From assembly GCF_009914755.1 (NCBI RefSeq), contig NC_060936.1: a DNA stretch of 64,000 nucleotides; one strand, 5' to 3'. Shown one piece after another: positions 12,990-30,807 of the stretch. Each line of letters starts with the position of its first letter. Position 1 is the stretch's first letter. The translations under genes were made by a program, and so were the position numbers. This DNA is from the human T2T-CHM13v2.0 reference genome, Homo sapiens. The notes under the pieces are model-generated. The model saw nothing but the letters and a program-made list of their open reading frames with translations, was not told the origin of the DNA and ran no database searches.

Positions 12990-13546
12990 GTAACTTAAAA
13001 TTACTAAGCACTTTTTAAAAGCTTATAAAGCTTACAAATCTTAGATACAAAAGAATATTTTAAAGTTTAGCCTTTATTTTGTACTTTTTGTATTATTCAG
13101 TGAGAAAAAAAGTCACACTGTTTAAATAGGCAAAAAGATTAAATAGTTGTGGGTCATTCAATTAAAATTGAGGTGATTTTGCTCACAGATTATAAAGGCT
13201 TAATTTGGTCTGAATCCAGGAAACAAAAAGAGAAACAGTAGCAATTTAATCCATAATAACCATAATAATTATGGTTATTAAGGTAAGATAAGGATAAACA
13301 TTAATATTTTCAAAAATGTGCCCACTAAAAGTAAAAGCCCATGTGGGGTTACAGCCACCATTTTGCAGAGATTCCATCTGGCCTGTGGCACAAGGGGATG
13401 TGGCTCCAGCAACAGGCTTTTCTAGTAGTCACTAGTTTCTTTCCTGGTGGGCTCCTGTGTCTGCACCTCACAAAGAAACATTTCTCAAGTGACAGTCAGG
13501 ATTAAATAATAGTTCATAATGAAAGAACGGTTCTTAATGACTAATA

Positions 13547-13836
13547 TTTTCTTTTTTTTGAGACAGAGTCTCGCTCCGTCCCCCGGGCTGGTGTGCAGTG
13601 GCGCGATCTCTGCTCAATGCAACCTCCCCCTCCCAGGTTCAATTCTTGTGTCTCAGCCTCTCGAGTAGTTGGGACTAGAGGCGCGTGCCACCATGCCTGG
13701 CTAATTTTTGTATTTTTAGTAGAGACCGGGTTTCCCCACGTTGGCCAGGCTGGTCTTGAACTCCTGACCTCAAGTGATTCGCCCGCCTTGGCCTCCCAAA
13801 GTGCTGGGATTACGGGTGTAGCAATTGCGCCCAGCC
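13547..13836 (-). mobile_element. AluS
   Basis: Reverse-complement Alu dimer. Confidence 0.95.
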
Positions 13837-14186
13837 CTCATTTTTTCTTTGAGGGATTTTTGTACTAATTTGTGGTAGAGAAAGAAGTGTTAATATATAT
13901 AATCTTCACCAAAAAGCTATATTCAATACAAGTCTAGTGCTCAAGGCAATATACTCAATGCCTGTTCTATATTATCTTTAGGCTTTTTTGTCCATGAGGC
14001 AACCTTACTTAAGAAAGCTTAAGTAAGATAATTAAAATTTTAAAAATTAAAAAAAAAGTTTTTGCTCACCACACAGAAAGCAAAAATAATTAAACATTTT
14101 GACTACTAAAAGATCTTTAAGCATGCTGGGAAAATGATAGCCAATGGTAAGAATAGCAACCATACACTTTCCATATAAGAAATCAG

Positions 14187-14508
<322 letters not shown>

Positions 14509-15100
14509 CTAAAATTAGCATTGTCCTAGAAAATCTGGACTGCACCCTCATACATATAAGATTGAAATCATCTTTTCGCCTTCATGTGTGTAAAACCTAT
14601 TAAACTTTTTAAAAAACCTGTTAAGATTTAAAGTTTAAAAATAAACTAAAACAGACAATTTCCCCAGACAGAAAACTGTTCTAACTTTTCTGGGATGCCT
14701 GTGGCCTGAATAAAACAGGAGTCCACACAGGCACTTTTCCTTAATGCGCATACTTGAAAACCTGTGAACTTCCTTCTGTCTCTTTCTTCCTCTAACAACA
14801 AAACTCTGCAAATGAAACTCAAGCTCACCGCTTTAACTAAAGCCCGGAGGCGGGGGGCCCTTCCATCATTTCCTCCAGCTGCTTTACACCCATGAGTCTG
14901 TCTGCCCATTTCCCCAGCCCAACCACTTGGAAGCAGAGGATCCCAATGCTCAGAAACAGGACGAGGGAGCCCGAGGAGTTCCTGAGTCTAGATTTCCCCT
15001 GCTGGTGGCATAAGTTCTCACTCCACCTAAAATCGCTGCAGTTCTGAATATTCATTCAATAAGCCGAGAAACTGGGCTAGGTATTAAGAAAACAAAGATC

Positions 15101-15389
<289 letters not shown>

Positions 15390-16866
15390 AAAACAAAGAT
15401 ACGTAAGCAGTGTGCCATATTATAACTCAATTTGATAATAATTATAATTCACTGCTAAGAACAGAACTTTGTACAAGGAGCTAAGTAAGACAAAAATAGG
15501 GACCCAGTTTTGCCCGGGTAAGGGGAAGAAAAGGAAAGGCTTCACAGAAGAGGTAAAGTTTGAGCTGGGAGCTTAGAGGATGAATAGGACTTCTTCAGGA
15601 AGACAAGTGAATAAAACATTCCAGGGGAGAGAGATAGCATGTGGATTGAATTTTGGGGTCATTTTTCTGGGTTGATCTTTTTTGGGGCCCTTTTCCCCTC
15701 AGAAACATAGTTTCCTTCAGACCATGCCTCCCAGAGTATATAGTTTCTAAATGCCCTACAATCAAACTGATCTAAATTTTTCCCCTGGTTACAATGAGAG
15801 GTTATATTTGCTGCATTCATGGGCAGAAATGCGGTCAGACAGTGGATAAGAATATTAGCATATCCAGAATGGTTGTGGTACCCTTGCTCATACAGCATCT
15901 TGTTAGTCCTTTACTGCAGCATTTTCCAAGTTTGTTTTTCTCTAGCTTAGCAATACAGTAGATTGGAGTCTTCCAGGCAGCCTTAAGAAATATTGATGCC
16001 TGAGTCCCAGCTTCAGGGATTTTAATTTAATTGCTCTGGAGTGCAGCCTGGGTGTCGGATGTTTCAAAGTTCCCAGGTGATCCTGAGTGTAGCCAAGATT
16101 AAGATCTGTGCTTTAGAAATACCTCCATGTTTCTGTCTTCTCCAATAAACTGTGGACTCCAGTAGGGAGATGGGGATGTTATTCTTTTTCTCCATGCTCT
16201 ACAGCTTCCACTGAAGTTCTTTACATTAATAATTGCTTATTAGATGTTTACTAAATTGGATCTGTAAGGACAGAGAACTGAAATAAATGACTCTTACTCT
16301 ATGTGCCTCTGCTAGGAGAATTAAATGCACATAGAAAATCACTATATATTCTCAGAGAGGTGAAACATTGGGGATTATGGTGATAGGGGAAAACATGACT
16401 CCTGATAAAAGCAGGGCAGGTGAAACTGAAGCTACCAGGTCAACTGCTATATGAAACAGATATCTCTTCTAAGGGAAAGCCAAGGTAATTTAGGTGTCCT
16501 CAGACAGGTTCTTGCACTTTCCTCCCAGAAAAAAGTCTGCCATATTATAACTAAATTCTAGGGTCCCAAAGTAAAGTTTCAGAAAGGCCTCCCCTGCTCC
16601 ATTAATTTAGATAAAAATATATCTTCAAGGGGGTGTTTCTGAAATATAAGATCTGGTTAATTAGTAATTCTGTTCAGAGCCATCCATATGCAGTAATTTT
16701 AGCAGTGACAAGAAAGGCTTCTTCACCTCTTTCCTGTTCGACCTATCTCTTCCCAGCCAGTTCTGAGACTACCATTTGACATACTCCCTTGGCTGAGGTA
16801 TTGAAGGTCCTTATTTATCTCTACCTATATATGATCTAAAAGAGGAATCATTCATTTATCCTATTA

Positions 16867-17338
<472 letters not shown>

Positions 17339-19081
17339 TTATTTTGCATGTTTGTCTCCCCCATTAGGTTATGAGTTCCTTGAGGATAAGGACTATGTCT
17401 TTACTTCTATATCCCTGGGGCACATAGCTATTAAAAAAGGTTTAATGAATATATGAATGGGTGGATATGTTAGTAAAAATTATCCAATACTTGAAAATAA
17501 GGCAAAAAAGGACATATACTCTTAAGATCTTGCTGGGACATTCTTAAATGGGCCTCTCTCTCTGGGAGAATGTACCTGTGCTTGACTTTGCTATTTAATA
17601 TTTGACTAGAGCTGAGACATTGTGAAGATATTTATATGTTAACTTGTAGATTTCTTTCTAGCAGAAAATAATAACCCCAAAGGTTATGGACTTACTGCCC
17701 TCTAGGACATTAGCCAGTTTAGTGTTTACCTAGCAATCTTATGCTGAAATTCTTTTTAAAAAATGCCTATAAAGATGCATTCTTCAAATGCTCTTGGAAC
17801 CAGCTTTATTATATCATTGGTTCCTTCGGTATTATGTTAATAAATCTTTAACATATGTTCATTCAATATTTGTAAAAGTCATGATTCTAACTTTTTGAAA
17901 ATCATACTTTGTTGGATGCAATGGATGGATGAATGACTGGAAGCTAATAAGAGGGAGCGGAGGACCACAGAGAGGAATGGGGCATGGATGACAAACTTTG
18001 CTTCACAATTCTGCATCAACTGTTGGATAGGTTTTTTAGTTAGTCTATTTTTTAAGTCTAAAAATACCCTAACAACTAACTTTTTGTCCTCTTGAGATTA
18101 TAAAGATTCACAAACATTCTCACAAGGTATAAAGACCATTTTTATTTCTTGAGATTTGTTTAAAAATTTAATGTCAAACAAGAATTTTTATAATATTGAT
18201 TTTTTACATGATTTGGTTGAAAAAAAAAAAAACAGAAACATTTTCTGTAGAATGGGAAGTATCTGCTGGACCTACATGGATACATATGGGTATTTACTAA
18301 TGAGCAGTAAGATTACAATCATGACAGTAGTTATAGCATTAATACTACCAAGAGTTAATACTTATTTTTGTGCTTACTATGTGCCAGGCACTTTATATGT
18401 GTAACCCCTCAAAGTAGGTAAAATTACTGGCCTTGTTTTACAAATGAAAAAAACTGAAGTTCTTCCCCAAAGTCATACCGTTGGAAAGTGGTCACTCCAA
18501 AGCCCTTGCTCTTAACTACCATCAGGGTTTCCTGACCAGTGAGACCACAGAGGGCTGGATCTGAATTCAGAGAGTCAAATTGGCTGTACATGGGTAAGTC
18601 TTTCTTGACTATTCATTCAAAGAGAGGAATACAAAGTTATTCCCTATAGCCTCTTGCCTACCCACAGATACATCTGTTCAATATGCTAGCTCAGAAATAT
18701 GTGACATAGTGAACAGTTTTAAAAAATGATCACTCCCACAACGCACTGCACAGAAGCTTAGCATCAAAAGTGCGCCAGACATGCTGGCCTGGAGAAATAG
18801 CCTTTCTTCAGAATAAAGAGTGTGAGAGTATTGGCATTTCAACATGCTGCATAATTAACTGTTGCCTTTTAAACAGAATGAAAGCAGAATTCTAGACTTC
18901 AATTTGAATTGAAATGAGGAAAAAATTTGATCAATTGTATTATCCCAAGTAGGAAATTATCTTTTAAAATTTTAGTTGTTTAAATTCAAGAAATACCACG
19001 GTACGGAGATTTTAAGGTAAACCCTTCATTGTTGTGTAGGCTTGATTTGTTTACATGTGAAAATGAGAAATGCCTGTAACA

Positions 19082-19279
19082 CTAGTGGGCTGGGACTGGC
19101 TTACATAGGGAACCCTGAGCCAACTGTATATACATTTCTTCCCAACTCCAGGCTCAAAGACATCATGTTGGCATCATGAAGCAGCCATGGTAGGAGTATG
19201 GCAAACACCAAAAATTGAAGTTTTGTTTTTTTCCCCCCTCTGCAGAGCCAGTTGTTAAACATTTACCCGCACACCACTT
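19082..19279. mobile_element. hAT DNA transposon fossil, MER63-like
   Basis: Termini ctagtgggctgg ... aaacatttacccgcacaccact resemble MER63 terminal inverted repeats. Confidence 0.55.
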
Positions 19280-19420
19280 CCAGTAGGGCAGGGCTTTCAG
19301 GGCAGCCTATCCTAAGTCCTGAACTTACACACATTGCTGAACTTAAAAATGGCTCAGGAGGCCACACAAGCTCTTCTGAAGCTTCCTAACTGACTCTCTT
19401 GCTGTGTGGCCTTGAGATAA

Positions 19421-19582
<162 letters not shown>

Positions 19583-19703
19583 TGATATGAACATTAGGTG
19601 ATTTATAAAACTACATAAGGCTAGGTAGCCACCAGCATGACTGTGTGGGGTAACAGGAAAATCAGAGAGGGTGAGACATGTTCTTACAATGTCGACTCAG
19701 ATG

Positions 19704-19853
19704 AGGTTGCTAGATAAAATACAGGATGCCCAGGTAAATGTGAATTTCAGATAAATAACAAATAATTTTTTTGTAAAAGTATGTCCCATGCAATATCCCA
19801 TGCAACATTTTACTGGTGTCCTGTATTTTCATTTGTTAAATCTGGCAAACCTA
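19704..19853. mobile_element. MER53-like palindromic MITE
   Basis: Inverted arms aggttgctagataaaatacaggatgccca / tggtgtcctgtatttt...atctggcaaacct. Confidence 0.8.
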
Positions 19854-20572
19854 CACCCAGAATGTAATCTTCTGCTAAAAAAATCTCATGTTTTAAATCT
19901 CACAGTGTAGGCATACTGCAAAGTGGATATGTATGTAGGCTTTGAAGTCAGTTGCATCCTATTCCTGTCACTCACTCACTAGCTGGGTGACCTTGGGCAA
20001 GTTACCTAACCCTCTTGAGCTCCAGTTTCCTTCTGTAAAATGAAGATAGTCAGTTCCTATCTCATTTGATTATTATAACTAGATGAGAGAATATACACAG
20101 GACTTAGATGAGTTAATACATGTGCATCTGCCTGGTATGAGGAAAACAACAGGTGTTATTTTTATATACAGTTCTACAAAACACCTAGTTCTGTGTCTGG
20201 AACAAAGCAACTGCTTCAAAAATTAGTCTTTTAAACCATATGACAAACAAATTTTAGTAACCATATTACACATCACATACTATAGTAATAATACTAACAT
20301 TGGTCACATAATTTAGCTTTGTCAAGGGTAAATGGCTTTTGTGAAGGGGCCTGGGTACCTAATCATCATTTACAACAATGTTTTTAAGGGGGAAATCATT
20401 GAGGCCAAATAAATAAACACATTTTCTCCAAGTTGTGGATGATTTTATGTGACATGTTGTCCAGATCAAACTTTTTAAGGTATCCTACATCAAAATACAT
20501 AATACAACTGGATTGAATACGCCTTTTTCAAAAGCCCATAGAATCTATTCTGCTTAAATTATTTCCATTAGA

Positions 20573-20870
<298 letters not shown>

Positions 20871-22003
20871 TTAGATATTTTAAATAATTGCAAAAGAACC
20901 TCACACCAATGAAAACAGAGCTTCTTTCCACCACCTGAAACTCCTGGTGCCACAAGCTTATAGGCCTGGAATTTTCTCTACTGGTCTTTTTCCTTTCCTC
21001 CTTTTATATAATATATATAAGTATTCCTCCATAATAATCCAGCTCTGTACCTTTCAAACTGTTTCCTAACTGGCATCAAGCAGTTTCTCAAGCTCAGACT
21101 GGGTATATTTTCTTTTTGTTTGGAAACTCGATATGCTTTCATGGGAACATAATTTTTTTTTAAACAGAGATGTTTTCAAAACAGCTTCTTCTAACTTCAC
21201 AAAATAGCTTAAAACAACCATGAACATTCCTGGCTCAGAAATTCTGCCTATGTAGATTTAAGGGACTATTACTCTCCTATCACATTTGCCTCTTTCTTTA
21301 CCCTTCACATGAATTCAAAAAATCAACCTCTCTCACAATTACAGCATCATCCTTTAAAGTGAAGATCCCTATTAAAATATAAATGTTTCTTAAAGACCAG
21401 TTGTACATTTTTTTCAGTTTTATATTTTATCAGTAGTGATTTCTGAGACCTATTCATTCTATCTCTGAAATCTACGATTAGTGAAAATGAAAACAGAAGA
21501 GATGCCAAAAGCAAAAGCCGTGAGGACCATCAGTAACTGAGAGAATTAAGATGGGGTGTCATTATGAGAAGGGCCGGGTGAAGGGTGAAAGGTGAAGTTG
21601 AAGAAGATAAACTTCACCTCCTTGACAGTTTTGTGAAGGAATGGATAACCACTGGTAGCTACCCTACCCAAAGGAATAAAACAGAAAGGAGCCTGAGCTT
21701 TACCCCACATGAAGGTTTAAGTTGACCACAGGCTGCAGTCCTCCCCTAATTCCTTGTAAACAATGTTGCATGACAAAAATGTTAGGTCGTGTTGGCATCT
21801 CTTTGGGGGTGACCACCCCCACGGATGTATAAAGAATACTATCTAATATTTCTCTTCCCAACTGCTGCTTAGTAGCTTAGTAGAGTTCCGTGTATACAGG
21901 ACACAGCTGCAGGTTTAATACTGAACTTCCCTACCTCCCTACATTCACACAAAATCTGAAAAGTAAGATACAATGTAAAAAAAACAAGTGCAAAAAAATT
22001 TCA

Positions 22004-24480
<2,477 letters not shown>

Positions 24481-24956
24481 AGAGCATGGTGAGGACCCTC
24501 CCCTGGGCTGGGGTCAGGGAGGCAATGGAAGCAGCAGCAGAGATGATGAAGAATGGCTCATCTAAGGTAGACCCTCCAGGACCCCTGCTGCTGACAGATG
24601 ACAAGAGAGTCTAGCCAACATGCCGCCTTGGGTCCCAGCCGTGTTCCAGGTCCTTAACAACGTTCTAGGCTCCTTGAGGCCTGGACTTAGGACTGTTGTG
24701 ATAGTCTGTTGTCCTGGAAGCAATTCAGAGGTTTTTTTATAGACAAAAGAACCTAAATCATCACGTGGGGAGCAGGTTAGAGAGAAAGAGGGATAAGTGG
24801 AGCCGAGAGGAACAAAGTATCCCCATAGATTTTGTTCTGTGTAAGAACCCCAGGACCTAGGAAGGGGAAGAGAGTCTCAGTAATGTTTGCCATTGATGTT
24901 CCCATCAGCCTGGTAGGATAGAGCCTTGCCGTTATTTAAAGGAAATAATGTGAGTA

Positions 24957-25557
24957 GTAGGCAGAATGGTTCCCCAAAGATATCCATGCCCTAATCCCTG
25001 GAACCTGTGAATGTGTTATGTTATATAGCAAAAGGGATTCTGCATAATAATTAAGGTTATGAACCTTAAAGTGGGGAGACTATCCTGGATTATCCAGGTA
25101 GGCCCAATCTAAGCACATGAGCCCTTAAATGCAGGGAACTTTCTCTGGCAGCAGCAGGAGAAGTCAGAGAGACTCCAAGCATGAGAAAGAATTGACATGC
25201 TATTGCAGGCTCTGAGATGCAGGGGCCCACATAGAGGGACCAGGATGAGGCCTCTAGGAGGTATGATGGCTCCCACCTGATAGCCATCAAGGAAATAGGA
25301 TCTTAGTCTTACAACCACAAGGCACCGGATTCTGCCAACAACCTGACTGAGCCTGGAAGGGCAGTCAACCTCAGAGCCTCTAAAAAGGATCACAGTCCTG
25401 CTAAGATCTTGATTTTAGCCCTGGGAGACTCTAAGCAGAGAACTCAGCCAAACCCACCCAGACTTCTGATGTACAGAACTGTGAGATAATAAACAGTGTT
25501 ATCTTAAGCCACTAAATTTGTGTTAACTTGTTACAGCAGCAATAGAAACTAATTCAA
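24957..25557 (+). mobile_element. MLT1 (MLT1D-like) solo LTR
   Basis: ccccaaagatatccatgccctaatccctggaacctgtgaat ... acagcagcaatagaaactaat. Confidence 0.85.
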
Positions 25558-26749
25558 TGTAGCATTTCTTATATAATTTAATTTGAGTACTAAAATTCAT
25601 ACCAGTCATTCTATCACCTTCTACTACCCTACTAGCACCTGAAATATTAGAAAACCAAAAATCTTAAAGAGTATAGTGCTTTCTACTTCACCTTACACAT
25701 TGGGCTGGGGGCTAAGAAACCTGGGTTCTAATTCTGATTATAAGCACTGAACAAGTCAAGAGACCCCGGTCTTATTTTTTATTTCAGCATAAGGACCTTA
25801 AGTAAATCAACCTCCTTGAACCTCTGTTTCCATATCTACAATATGCATGAGTTGGCCTAGATGATTTCTAAGGTCATTTCAGCTCTATGAGCAAAAAGTG
25901 ACAGGTGGACATTGTTATCTGAGATGAGCTAATTTAATTTATAACCCACCACTTTCATCTGGCAGAGAGCTCATCCTGAGAGTGCATTTTGATGGGAGGA
26001 GAGGGAAGTTGTTTTGGGCTGCTGGGGCCCAGCACTGAGAGTTTTTGATATCAAGGATCAGTAGCATGGGTCTCCAAAGGAAAGATGAATTTTACCTAGG
26101 GTCCAGCCCAGCTTTCCACAGTAATTATCCTAGATGTGTCAACAACTTCTTACTGAAGATTCCTTGCAAGAAGTGGTCTGGTCAAAGAGGACCTGCCACC
26201 TGTGTTTGCTTTCCATTCTATCTAATACCAAACCTCTCAGAGAAGAGACACATTTCTAGAACCCCCGAGTGTCCTCTGTCAGTTTCTACACGTTTCTTCC
26301 CAGTATGAGGTCTTTCAAATTCTGAAGAAAACAATTTGGCCAAGGAATTTGCACCTCACTAAATTCAATTCACTACAGCAAACATTTTTTGAACACCTGC
26401 TGTGTGCTCATTGAGTTAGTGGGAACCAGTTGTTTTGGAGGTAAATGTTTGGTTTCATTTCTAAGTTCTGACTTCAGTATCAAGAGGCAAAGACTAGACT
26501 TACTAAAGTCAAAGCAAAGAACAATGAAGTAGTTGAGATTTACAGCTATTTGAAAAGGAGGTGAAGGACTTGTTAAGAAGCGAGTATAAGCACTGAGCAG
26601 GAAGTTACTAAGCATTATTTCTCAGGAGCATTCACCTTCTGTCTCACATCTTATTCACATCAACATTCCGGGTAAATTTTGATCTGTACCACTGTCCTCA
26701 GTCAGGGTTTTCTAGAAAGCAACCTTCAAGTTTATGAAGCAGATGTTAA

Positions 26750-27146
<397 letters not shown>

Positions 27147-27336
27147 TAACATGTATTTTTTCATGGACAAATTATGTGACTATATGAAAACATGGCTGAA
27201 CATGTATTTTCATATATTTCACATGGATAATATATATATTCAGTATATTAGACAGTTTATAAATGATCATTTCTCAGTGCTTCTTAATTCAATCCTCTCT
27301 GCATTTCAGTAATCGTTGACTCAAATCACCTATGCT

Positions 27337-27645
<309 letters not shown>

Positions 27646-28269
27646 TCACCTATGAAGCAATTTTCAACCTTTCTTCTTCAGAGACACATCACAAATGTGT
27701 TCATATGTGTGATATACCCCCATATATCCAGAATTATGTGCAATTCTAGGAGCTCGACCTGTAATTCCAACCCTTTAATCTCCATCTAAGAAATCATACT
27801 GAAAAAAATATTGTTATGTATATACCCTTAAATTTATTCCAATTAATTTAAAAAAACCAATGATTATTTATTAGTAAGCAGTTATTTGCAACATGCTCTG
27901 TTTAGGACATAGCAATATATTTTGACACCTTTGTTGATATGCACGGTCCTGATATGCCACAAGTATAACATGAAATCTAAATTCTTGAAGGCTAAGGTGC
28001 TTGGCACAGAGAACCAGAGAAAGGTAATAAGAGAGAAAAGTGCACTTATTCTCTCTGCTGGGCAACTGTGAGCTTATAACTAGTTCTCCGAGTCTACTAA
28101 TAAGCATTTAATAAGAATCTACTAATGAGCACTTTTCTTGATCCATAAAGTCACTATTGACATTCCAGCAAAGTTTCATGGCCTGCCCCCAATTTGAAGA
28201 TTTATTTCTCTCTTTGGATATAGAACAAAATAACTTTATGTACATTTTATTTCACTTTATTTTACTTTA

Positions 28270-28348
28270 TTGGGTTGGTGCAAAACAAATTGCAGTTTTC
28301 CCATGAAAAGTAATGGCAAAAACTGCAATTACTTTCGCACCAGCCTAA
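28270..28348. mobile_element. MADE1 (Hsmar1-derived MITE)
   Basis: 79-bp palindrome ttgggttggtgcaaaa...actttcgcaccagcctaa flanked by TA dinucleotides (28268-69, 28349-50). Confidence 0.92.
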
Positions 28349-28350
28349 TA

Positions 28351-28641
28351 TTTTATTTTGAGACAGAGTCGCACTCTGTTACCAAGGCTGGAGTGCAGTG
28401 GTGTCATCCCAACTCACTACAGCCTCTGCCTCCTGGGTTGGAGAGATTCTTGTGCGTCAGCTTCATGTGTAACTGGAATTACAGGTGCACGCCACCACGC
28501 CCAGCTAATTTTTGTATTTTTTGTAGAGATGGGGTTTCGCCATGTTGCCCTGGCTGTTCTCAAACTCCTGACCTCGAGTGATCTGCCCACCTCAGCCTCC
28601 CAAAGTACTGGGATTATAGACATGAACCACCGTGTCTGGCT
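28351..28641 (-). mobile_element. Alu (old S/J), abutting MADE1
   Basis: Reverse dimer. Confidence 0.9.
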
Positions 28642-28706
28642 CTTTATGTGCATTTTTAATATGAAGAGGCTATATAGTATGGTGGCTGAGAGCACAGGTT
28701 CTAGAC

Positions 28707-29313
28707 TAGTGGTTCTCAATCAGAGATAATTCTGCCTCACAGTGAACATTTGGAAATGTCTAGAGACATTTTTAGTTGTCATGTCTGAGAGAGGGAAGTG
28801 TTACTGACATCTGGTAGGTGGAAGCCAAGGATGCTGCTAAACATTCTACAATGGTTTGGGCACAGTGGCTCATGCTTGTAATCCCAGCACTTTCGGAGGC
28901 TGGGGTGGGAGCATCACTTGAAGCCAGAAGTTTAAGACAAGCCTGGGCAACATAGTGAGTCCCTGTCTCTATCAAAAAAAAAAAAAAAAAATTAGCCGGG
29001 CATGGTGGTGCATGCTTACAGTCCCAGCTCCTTGGAAGGTTGAGGTGGGACTATCATAGACCTAAAGGGAAAAAACTAACAAGCACAAGATAGGGTATGT
29101 TAGGCCCTAGGAGTTTGAACCTAGGAGTTTCAGGCTGCAGTGAGCCATGAGTGTACTACTGCACTCGAGGTTGGGTGACAGAGTGAGACCTTGTCTCTGG
29201 AAAAAAAAAAAAAAGCCCAAAACACTACAATGACAAGGACATTCCCCGACCCCCACCACGACAAAGAATTATCTGGCCCCAAATGCCAATAGTGCTAAGG
29301 TTGAGAAAGCCTG
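28707..29313 (+). mobile_element. MER20 hAT element interrupted by an AluJ (28853-29214)
   Basis: tagtggttctcaa ... ttgagaaagcctg termini with ctaga-containing flanks; the Alu is flanked by ctacaatg. Confidence 0.85.
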
Positions 29314-29982
29314 CTCTAGAGTCAGCCTGCCTGGGGTTCAAGTCGCTTATAATCTGTGTAGCTGTTGGTAAATTATTTTACATGTTTGTGCTTATTGGGT
29401 GTCTTCAACAATAAAATTAGAATAAATAATAACAATACTCACTTTATTGATTTTCTATGATAATAAAATAAATTACACAAGAAAGGAGCTAAGGACAATG
29501 TCTGGAACAAAGCAAGTGCTCAACAAATATTTGCTTTTGCTTTCATTATATGCATTGAAAAAAAATTGAGAAGAAATACACCAACATTTTAACAGTGATT
29601 GTTTCTAGGTGGCAAGTTCACAACTGATTTTTATTTTCATTATCCTTTTATACTGCTTTATATTTTCCAAATTTTCTAGAATGATATTTGTATTACTCTA
29701 ATATCCAAAAACATGTTTTAAAAGAATGCAGATAAAAGAACTTTATTTGTGATATAGTAAAAAGAGCACAGAATTAAAAAGACCTGGATTCAGATCCTGA
29801 CTCTACCTGCCGTCTGTGGACATTGAATAGGTAAGTTAATCTCTTTGAGCTTCAGTTTCCTCAGCTAAAATTGGGGCTAATAATGCATATCATAGAGAGT
29901 TGCTATGAGAATTAAACATGACAGACATGCAGTGTCTGGGAGAGTATACCAAAGGAAAGGCTCCAGGAGATGACTGCTTTAA

Positions 29983-30807
<825 letters not shown>

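Noticed and set aside
21804-21821. Short inverted repeats with 7-8-bp arms (here, ~41350, ~52859)
   Set aside because: Expected by chance in 64 kb.
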